From Squalus acanthias (taxonomy: Eukaryota), in NCBI GenBank assembly GCA_030390025.1, contig CM059432.1:62808001-62872000 (forward strand): a stretch of 64,000 bases of DNA, read 5' to 3'. A program made the translations under genes and the position numbers. Shown here in pieces: positions 53,660 through 62,446 of this stretch. Each line of letters begins with the position of its first letter. Within the stretch, counting starts at the first letter, position 1. Below the pieces are notes generated by a model that saw nothing but the letters and a program-made list of their open reading frames with translations, was not told where the DNA came from and did no database searches.

Positions 53660-56600
53660 CTATTCACCCTTGTGTAATCCCTTAGTGCCTCTCGTTACTG
53701 TGCCTTTGCCTACTCTAGTGTTCCTATGGAACAGTTCCTGCAGATTGGAGGGTGGCAAATGTAACCCCACTATTTAAAAAAGGAGGGAGAGCGAAAACGG
53801 GGAACTACAGACAGGTTAGCCTGACAACAGTAGTAGGGAAAATGCTAGAGTCTATTATAAAGGATGTGATAACAGGACACTTAGAAAATATCAATGGGAT
53901 TAGACAAAGTCAACATGGATTTATGAAAGGGAAATCGTGCTTGACAAACCTACTGGAGTTTTCTGAGGATGTAACTGGTAGAATAGATAAGGGAGAACCA
54001 GTGGATGTGGTGTAGTTGGATTTTCAGAAGGCCTTTGATAAAGTCCCACATAAGAGGTTAGTGTGCAAAATTAAAGCACATGGGATTGGGGGTAATATAC
54101 TGGCATGGATTGAAAATTGGTTAACAGACAGGAAACAGAGAGTAGGAATAAATGGGTCTTTTTCGGGGTGGCAAGCGGTGACTAGTGGGGTACCGCAGGG
54201 ATCAGTGCTTGGGCCTCAGCTATTCACAATATACATCAATGATTTGGATGAGGGAACCAAATGTAATATTTCCAAGTTTGCTGATGACATGAAACTAGGT
54301 GGGATTGTGAGTTGTGAGGAGGATGCAAAGAGGCTTCAAGGCGATTTAGACAAGTTGAGTGAGTGGGCAAATACATGGCAGATGCAGTATAACGTGGATA
54401 AATGTGAAGTTATCCACTTCGGTAGAAAAAACAGAAAGGCAGAGTATTATTTAAATGGTGATAGATTGGGAAATGTCCTTGTACACCAGTCACTGAAAGT
54501 AAACATGCAGGTGCAGCAAGCAGTTAGGAAGGCAAATGGTATGTTGGCCTTCATTGCAAGAGGATTTGAGTACAGGAGCAAGGATGTCTTACCACAGTTG
54601 TACAGGGCCTTGGTGAGACCACACCTGGAGTACTGTGTGCAGTTTTGGTCTCCTTACCTAAGAAAGGATATACTTGCCATAGAGGGAGTGCAGCGAAGGT
54701 TCACCAGACTGTTTCCTGGGATGGCAGGACTGTCGTATGAGGAGAGATTGGGTCGACTAGGCCTGTATTCACTAGAGTTTAGAAGAATGAGAGGGGATCT
54801 CATTGAAATGCATAAAATTCTGACAGGGCTAGACAGACTGGATGCAGAGAGGATGTTTCCCCTGGCTGGGGGGTCTAGAACAAGGGGTCACAGTCTCAGG
54901 ATACGGGGTAGGACATTTAGGACTGAGATGAGGAGAAATTTTTTCACTCAGAGGGTGATGAACCTGTGGAATTCTCTACCACAGAAGGCTGTGGAGGCCA
55001 AGTCACTGAATATATTTAAGAAGGAGATAGATTTCTAGACACAAAAGGCATCAAGGGGTATGGGGAGAGAGTGGGAATATGGTATTGAGATAGAGGATCA
55101 GCCATGATCATATTGAATGGCGGAGCAGGCTCGAAGGGTCGAATGGCCTATTCCTGCTCCTACTTTTCTATGTTTCTATGTTTCTATGAAGTATTGGCCC
55201 AGTGGCTGCAGCAGGGCTGGTGGAAGGCTGCTGAATGTCCATGTGGGAGGCTTCAGATGGCCTTGCAGGATGCCCTCAACCAGCTCTGGGCCTGGAAGGC
55301 CCAGCTGTAGACTGCACCACCTCAGCATGGGTGGCAGCAGTCTGGGATGGCTGGATGACAGGCAGCGACAAGGGCAATGGCGGAGTGGCAGTGGTGGGAG
55401 CAGGAATGTTGTCATCCTGAGAGAGGACAGCAGGTTCCTGCTCCACTGACCAACTGCCACTCCCCCGAGGCAGCACCTCAGCATCCCTAGTAATCTGTTG
55501 CAGCACAGATTGCTGGCCTGCTGCGACACCGTGAAAGCCCCTGTCAACGGTGGTGGACCCACCCATGATGGCAGCAGTCAGAGCTTGTGTTTCATCAAGC
55601 TGAGACTGCATGAGAGCCTCTGAGATTGGATGCCACCAAGCCTAGACTGCATTACAGCACTAAAACGTTGCGTTGCTTCTGCCTGTGCTGCAATGGAAGC
55701 TGCCAGATCGCCCATCACACGTGGCATCAGGTCTGGGTTGTCACGGTCTATCTGGGAGTCCACTATCCTTTCCAGACTGGAAATGATGGGCTCCATGATG
55801 TGCACAGAGTCTTGTGCAATGTTGGAGGCGGACTCCTCCATGCTCCTTATCATTGCCGACAGGCTCTCAGGCACCTTGCCATTGCACCTATCATCTCCGT
55901 GTGCATGCCCATCGCCCTTCTTCAAAGGCCTCCCCATCAAGGTCTTCATCTGAGTCCTGTGCAGCAGAACTCGCACGTGAAGTCGCCCTCCAGGGAGCTG
56001 GCCCCTGTGCTACCCTTTCCCCCTGGCGTTGTTGCAGCCCGCTCGTTCCCTGGTGCCTCACCCTGTGCAGATCCCACTACTACACTAGCCTCTAAAGAAC
56101 GCGTAGTGCCAATATCTGAGCTGGTGCCTGCGGGTGAGACATGCAGTGACGCGATGTGTTCTTCCTCCTCCTCTTCTCCCGCCTTGCTCTCAATGGTGCC
56201 CTCAGGGACAGGCTGCTCGGGTGCTTGCTCATTATCTGAAGGTATAAAGGCACAAGAGTTGGGTTAAGTTGAGGGGGGTGGTGGCAGAAGGGAGAAATGC
56301 AGGCATACAGCATGATTAGCTGGAAAGTATGAAAGGCTTGTGGGATGAGGGGGAAGTGGGATGTGAGAAGAAGGAGTAGGGATGAACATACCGACGTTGT
56401 CATCAAGGGGGTCAACGTCGCCGGTGGCCACGGTGCCCACCACCTGGCACCCGATAATCACCAGCACTCTATTTTCCAGCACAGACAGTGGTTGGGTGTC
56501 GGCTTGTCCCCCGTCTGTGTGCTCCTGCTCCCTCCTGTTGTGAGCCACCTTGGCCTGCAAGAGAAAGGAAAGTGTCTGAGTGAGTGTGGAGCAATGTGTT

Positions 56601-57024
56601 TGGGAGATGTGCCTGCCATAGTTGAATTACTATCATTGTGTGCAATGTGTGAGATGTGGGTGTGAGTGTTGGTAGGTAGAGATTGTTGGTGTCCGAGTGC
56701 TGGGGGTGTGGTGCTTTGGCCAGTGTGTGCAGACTATGGTTCAGATGGTGGTATGTAGCATTTGTTGAAGCATTGACTCACCCTGACCACCTGAGTGAGG
56801 TCGTTAAATTTCTCCTGTATTGTGTGTGGGGGTCCTGGGGACCACAGTCCTGCCCGAGACATGCTGGGCAACCTCTCTCCACATGGCACGGAAAACTTGC
56901 CGCGAGGATTCCTGCCACTTGCCATGTAGAGCACCGCCCTCCATCTCTCCACAGCGGACACCAATTCCTCCAATGCTTGGTCTGAAAATCTGCGGGCTCT
57001 CTTCCTGAGGCATGGATCTGCCAT
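53660..57024 (-). pseudogene. Harbinger Myb/SANT-like gene, 3 exons (57024-56782, 56554-56392, 56235-~53660), disrupted
   Basis: MADPCLRKRARRFSDQALEELV.., WREVAQHV, KFNDL, AKVAHNRR. Same intron phases and 163-bp exon 2 as the 48259 gene. Confidence 0.85.
53729..55187 (+). mobile_element. 5'-truncated CR1 LINE inserted in the Harbinger Myb gene
   Basis: QHGFMKGKSCLTNL, DFQKAFDKVPH, SGVPQGSVLGP, FADD; (TTTCTATG)3 tail. CTATG occurs at both junctions. Confidence 0.95.
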
Positions 57025-57504
57025 TATAACACCTGCTTGAGTCGTCCGGCTCCTTGGGCTTGGCCTGCTCCTCCTTGCTGACACAGGTTCACAGCCAGCA
57101 ATGCTGAGAATGAGGTTCTACAGCATCAATGAACCTCCCCTTTAAGAACTGGAAAGAGCCTGTGGCAATGATGTTTGCGATTAGACTGCACCTGATATTG
57201 GTTAGCGCTTTGAGTATAGTGCCACTGAGCTAGGCCATTAGCGCTTGATTTACCTCTCCAATCATTTCTTTCAGCGATGATACTTAATTTTTCGTGCAGC
57301 GTGAATCAATAGCGCCTGGTGCTAAATCTCAAACTTTTCTGAAGTTACCACACATTCCTGGGCTATAATGAATTTCTCCCCCTTTGTGTTTACTATCTCA
57401 ATGGTTCTTGTTAAACTTGAGTAAATAATTTTGTCTTTGTTCTCTCTAAATTAGGGAAGTGGGGTAAACCAAGAAGTTTAGTTAGTAGTCTAATAAATAG
57501 AGGC

Positions 57505-58596
57505 ATGGCAGTGCACTTCAGTCCCATCAAATGCACATCCTGTGCCATGTGGGAAGTCCAGGATGCTTCTCGTGCCCTGGACAACCACATGTGCAGGAAG
57601 TGTCGTCAGCTGGAGGAGCTCGAACTTTGGGTTTTGGAGCTTGAGCAGTGGCTGGCATCACTGCAGTGTATCCGCAAGGCTGAGAGCTCTGTGGATAGCA
57701 CGTTTTAGGAGGTGGTCACCCCACAACTTAAGAGTTTGCAGGCAGAGGGGGAATGGGTGATCGCCAGACAGACAAGGAGGACCAGGCAGGTAGTGCAGGA
57801 GTTCCCTGAGTGCATTTCGCTCTCTAACCAGTATTCGGTGAGGGTGATGGTTCCTCAGGGGAGTATAGGCAGAACCAAGGCCATGGCACCATGGTGGCTT
57901 AGCTGTACGGAGGGAAGGAGGAAGGTCAGAAAAGCAATAGTGATAGGGGATTCAATAGTTAGGGGAACAGACAGGCGTTTCTGCGGCCGCAGACGTGACT
58001 CTAGAATGGTATGTTGCCTCCCTGGTGCCAGGATCAAGGATGTCACTGAGTGGCTGCAGGACATTTTGAGGGGGGGTGGGGTGGGGGGTTGCTAGTACTG
58101 TTGAGGAGGCTTTAAACTAGCTTGGCAGGGGGATGAAAACATGAGCATAGATTTAGAAGGGAGAGAAGCAAAGTTGGAAATGGAAGGCAGAAAATTAGTA
58201 AGTGATTTTGGAAGGCAACGGAAACAAAGGCTAGAAAATAGACAACAAAGGGGGTTGGAAGTGCTTCATGGTATATACTTCAATGCAAGGTGTCTAGTGA
58301 ATAAGGCAGATGAGCTGAGGGCACAGATAGACACGTGGAAGCATGATATCATAGCTATTACTGAAACATGGCTGAAAGAAGGGCAGGAATGGCAGCTCAA
58401 CATTCCTGGTTACAGGATTTTCAGATGAGATAAAGAGGGGGATTAAAAAGGAGGGGAGTTACAATATTGGTTAAAGAAACAATTACAGCTGTGAGGAGGG
58501 ATGATATGTTAGAAGGATCATCAAATGAGGCCATATGGGTTGAACTGAAGAACAAAAAGCGGCAATCACAGTGTACTATAGACCCCCAAATAGTCA
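57505..58596 (+). mobile_element. CR1 LINE 5' part (ORF1 zinc finger/esterase, ORF2 start), decayed
   Basis: CTSCAMW..CRKC, IVIGDSIVRG..CCLPGARIKDV, YFNARCLVNK..IAITETWL. Confidence 0.9.
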
Positions 58597-58995
58597 AAAA
58601 GAAAGAAAGTCTTGCATTTATATAGCGCCTTTCACGCCCACCGGACGTCTCAAAGCGCTTTACAGCCAATGAAGTACTTTTGAACTGGAGTCACTGTTGT
58701 AATATGGGAAACGCAGCAGCCAATGTTGGTTGAGGGAAAAATACTGGCCAGGACACCGGGGATAACTCCCCTACTCTTCTTCGAAATTGTGCCATGGGAT
58801 TTTTTACGTCTACCTGAGAGAGCAGACGGGGCCTCGGTTTAACATCTCATCCAAAAGACGGCACCTCCGACAGTGCAGCACTCCCTCAGCACTGCACTGG
58901 AGTGTCAGCCTAGCTTTATGTGCGCAGGTCCCTGGAGTGGGACTTGAACCCACAACCTTCTGACTCAGTGTGCTACCAACTGAGCCACAGCTGAG
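58597..58995 (-). mobile_element. tRNA-derived DeuSINE (SacSINE1-like), near full length
   Basis: Minus strand has A box TGGCTCAGTTGG and B box GGTTCAAGTCC, a central Deu-like domain and an L2-like tail. Confidence 0.8.
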
Positions 58996-59003
58996 ATAGA
59001 AGA

Positions 59004-60638
59004 TGTAAAGTTTCGCAATTATCGCGATTCAAAATAACATAAGAGAAGCAGATTCGTTTGATCAGTTTTATTAAACGAAATGCTGTCCTGATAATAAATG
59101 ACACAGAAGCCTATAACATGGCCGCCGCGCATCGTGGCAGAAGCTTCCAGAAACACAGTGGGCAGACAAGATGGCGTCGAATATACATTCAGTATAAGAT
59201 TGGATCATACTCGGTAAACACTGATAAAGACAGGATGCAACCTGTTTGCATTTGGAACAATAGCAAAGATATAAGTGCTGGAATCGTTTTCCTATGCACA
59301 GTAAGGATCATTGTACTGGGCAATCGAAGGCCCATCCAGACACATCAATACACAAATACCCCCCCGGCTCTACAATGAGAGAGACATTGGCGGGTGATTA
59401 AGTCGGTATTCGGGGGGCCCCAAAACCAGTCGAGGAGACGATTCATACACATCCTGGCTGGTCCAACAATGAGGAAAACATTAACGGATAGTTGGCCAGT
59501 TTCAGGTGCTACCGAAACCCGTTAAAGAAGATAATCGCCCCATGCTGGGAGTTTTGAGCGCCAAATATTACACAAAGGACAAACATTAAGATTTGAGCGG
59601 GAGATAAGCGGACACATCACTATAACTATAGAGAACAAATGTCCATCGCGCTCTTATTCTCTTATTCGCTTGCCTCTTCATGAACTCGCTTGACTTGTGG
59701 GCTCTTGATTTTCTCTCTGGACTTTATTGACTCTTGACTCTTAGCCGTACTGGTCGGTTATTCGAGTGTTGGGTGGAGCTCAATCGGTACGAGCCGCCCC
59801 GACAAGGGCAAGTAACAGGGTACACCATCCCAAGTGTCGGTAAACGGTGTCTGGACCCGGAGGCCCGAGGAGACGAGACGAGAAGAAGACGAGAAGAAGA
59901 CGAGAAGAAATTCCATGTGCCGCCACGGTCAGTAAACCCCGACCACACCCGAAAATATAAATACAGGACTCTTCTTTGAGTTCTACCGACTACAACCTGT
60001 GTCGAACACAGGAAGACTCTTCTTTGAATTTTATCCGAGTTCCGTCGAGTTCTTCATGACAACAGGGAGTCTGGCCTGCTTTTCGCAGCAGCGAAAGTAA
60101 ACAAGTGGGGTGCAGAGACCCTTCCAAACACGTGACAGTCAGGCGCTGCAGCGAAACGAGCTGAGTGCCTCACTTTAAAATCTCCGAAGTAACACGAGTG
60201 GTGAGCATGTTTTACGATCCTACAAATCTAGATGTAGTGTAGGTAGTGTTAAGGGAGGGTGGTTTTTAATAAGGTTAAGGTATAATGTGTTCCCCTTTCT
60301 ACGATGTGCTGTGTGTTCTCCATTTCCATAGACCAAGCTTTATGAATGTATGTATACTTGTACTCTCTTTGATTTGCGCCTATGACATGTATTTCATGAT
60401 TTTAGACGCCATACAATAAAGATTTCCATTTCGTACTATTCAACCGGGTCTATTTGAGTTTTTCTCTGCATTACTGCTCCCTGCATCTAAGTCCAGTGTT
60501 AGAACCGTAAGGGCGAGTGGGTCGAACCACTCACAGGTGCTTATTGCAAAAAGGCTGGCCGGAGACCAGAGCAAGCAATAGTATAGGCAACGAAGGCCTA
60601 ACCTCGCACCAGCAACGTCTGAGATACGCCCCCTTACA
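59004..60638 (+). repeat. 5' LTR (~1635 bp) of a retrovirus-like element
   Basis: TGTAAAG...CCTTACA termini, AATAAA at 60415, followed by a TGG-initiated PBS. The 3' LTR is outside the window, so the left end is inferred. Confidence 0.75.
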
Positions 60639-60643
60639 GAAAA

Positions 60644-60653
60644 TGGCGACCAC
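60644..60653 (+). promoter_or_regulatory. Primer binding site, possibly tRNA-Arg
   Basis: TGGCGACCAC, 5 nt after the LTR end. tRNA identity is from memory of tRNA-Arg(TCG) 3' ends and is unverified. Confidence 0.6.
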
Positions 60654-60706
60654 ATTGGCAGCAAGAGAGTAATGTTTTAGACCCTGGTTTGAATAGGCGA
60701 AATGTG

Positions 60707-62446
60707 ATGGATGAGAAGGTAGCCGACTATGTGTTTGGGAAAGTTAACTTAACCAAAAGGTGGATATGTGACCTACTGATGGATAGGCGTCCGCTAGACG
60801 CCGCCATCAAATGGACAGGTAGTAAAGATCATAAGAAGTCGGTAGAGAAAGCGGTCTGGCTGATGTGCTACAAGAAGCAAGTCCAACTTTCGGACCAGGT
60901 TATTGCAGCACAGGCAGCTCAGATCAGGGAATTGGAAGTTGAGATGGAGGAAAAGGTCACGGGAGGACAGAAACTCATTGCATCATTGAATGCGTTACAT
61001 CAGGAACGCCAAATAGTAGCCAACCACCATGAGGCAAAGATTGATTACCTAGAATGTCAGGTCACGGAAGCAAAATTAAACGAGGGAAGGATTAGAGAAC
61101 GGTGTATCCGCCTAGCTAACCAGATAAAAGCCCAGGAAGAAAGCTTGAGGGGAGTTAGGGCGGCATACAAGATGGCCCTCGAGGATAGGCATGAGGGAGC
61201 CGACCACAGTGTTTGCCAGAGGGAGATAGAGAACCTAAGGGAGTCCCTGAATAAGGCAAACGGCTTGGTGTGTCTCATCAGCCCGTCAGCGAGCCAGCCA
61301 CAGGTGGGTAGGGAATTCCCAAAATCCCTACCGGAAAAAGCAGAAGTGGTATCTGCCACTATGCCCTCCGCGCCACCCAGCTATTCGGCAACCTGGGTAA
61401 GGGAGAAAGTGGTGGAGGTTCCCGAGGTAGGACAATCCCCGGAGGTAGTGTCGAGAGCGGGACCGATGTGTCCGCTCCGAGGTCACAAGAGAGGCCCGAA
61501 TGGGGACAATGGGGCAGACGGGGATATCCTGAACCAACTTATATTGCCCCACAGCTCACACCAGCTGAGAGCAATGATTAGCCATGTACGGAAGCTGTCC
61601 GAGTCAGAAGACCCTTCCGTACATTTTAGAGAAGTAGAACAGACCGCAGCAATTAATGGCTGCGACGACGAGGAAAAGACCAAAATGTTGCTGTTCTCTT
61701 TAGATAGCTCGATCCTTCAGTGTCTCTCCGACGAGAGCAAGAAGGGAAATAAAACCTATGGGGAGTTACGGGACGAGGTCCTAGAAGTGTTAGGGGCGGA
61801 TGACGAAGGTCCGTTCGTCAGATTGGGTCAGACCGTACAGATGGAGGGAGAATCCCCGCGGGTTTTCGCCGACAGACTGTGGCCAGTATACCAGCGTAGC
61901 TGCCCAGGTGCGCCACAGCGCATCTATCTGGACGGCACCGGGAAAGCTCATTGGCTCAGGTGCATGGTAGCCAACAGCTTGCCAGCCGTCAGAGAGCAGA
62001 CCAGAGCGTGGTTTGATCCCAGTAACCCCGCCACAACGGAGGAGTCTGTCCTGAATCGACTCACCATAGGGTATCGGAACACTAGGAGCACGGGAGCGTG
62101 TCCCCTTAAGGGAAAGGTGCATGAGGCAAAGCCCGCAGCTCCGGCTCAGAAAAAGTGGCATCAGGAGGGAAATCGCGCCCCACAAACCAGTGGTGTTTGT
62201 TACGGGTGCGGGAAGACAGGTCACTGGCATAAAAACTGCAGGAATCCCTGGAAGGACTCCAGGGACAAAGCTCCCGCAGTCCGAACCCAAGCGCCTGTCT
62301 CTGAGAAAGGAGCTGGTGTGCCTATCCATCCCGATGCGATAGAATCAATGTTAGGAGCCATGCGGTCTCTTATGATTTCGCACGGGAAAGTGGCAGTCGT
62401 TACCGGCCCCACAGATGCCACAACCCCGTCCACCGGTACCCAATGA
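60707..62446 (+). CDS. gag: Gag polyprotein (coiled-coil N-terminus, PSAPPSY, capsid-like region, CCHC knuckle)
   Basis: Intact ~580-aa ORF; CYGCGKTGHWHKNC at 62198-62239; lies between the PBS and the protease. Confidence 0.92.
   Translation: MDEKVADYVFGKVNLTKRWICDLLMDRRPLDAAIKWTGSKDHKKSVEKAVWLMCYKKQVQLSDQVIAAQAAQIRELEVEMEEKVTGGQKLIASLNALHQERQIVANHHEAKIDYLECQVTEAKLNEGRIRERCIRLANQIKAQEESLRGVRAAYKMALEDRHEGADHSVCQREIENLRESLNKANGLVCLISPSASQPQVGREFPKSLPEKAEVVSATMPSAPPSYSATWVREKVVEVPEVGQSPEVVSRAGPMCPLRGHKRGPNGDNGADGDILNQLILPHSSHQLRAMISHVRKLSESEDPSVHFREVEQTAAINGCDDEEKTKMLLFSLDSSILQCLSDESKKGNKTYGELRDEVLEVLGADDEGPFVRLGQTVQMEGESPRVFADRLWPVYQRSCPGAPQRIYLDGTGKAHWLRCMVANSLPAVREQTRAWFDPSNPATTEESVLNRLTIGYRNTRSTGACPLKGKVHEAKPAAPAQKKWHQEGNRAPQTSGVCYGCGKTGHWHKNCRNPWKDSRDKAPAVRTQAPVSEKGAGVPIHPDAIESMLGAMRSLMISHGKVAVVTGPTDATTPSTGTQ

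Larger units (their letters stand above)
51844..57382. mobile_element. Two-gene PIF/Harbinger transposon (different subfamily, opposite orientation) containing a CR1 insertion
   Basis: Perfect 14-bp TIR GGGGGAGAAATTCA / TGAATTTCTCCCCC with TSD TTT. Confidence 0.95.

Noticed and set aside
58930..58995. tRNA gene
   Set aside because: The A/B boxes are the head of a SINE and no complete cloverleaf is present.
59734..59979. Accessory (Tas/Rev-like) 81-aa basic ORF in the LTR
   Set aside because: It has a TTG start and its charged stretch comes from a GAGAAGAAGAC repeat; no other support.
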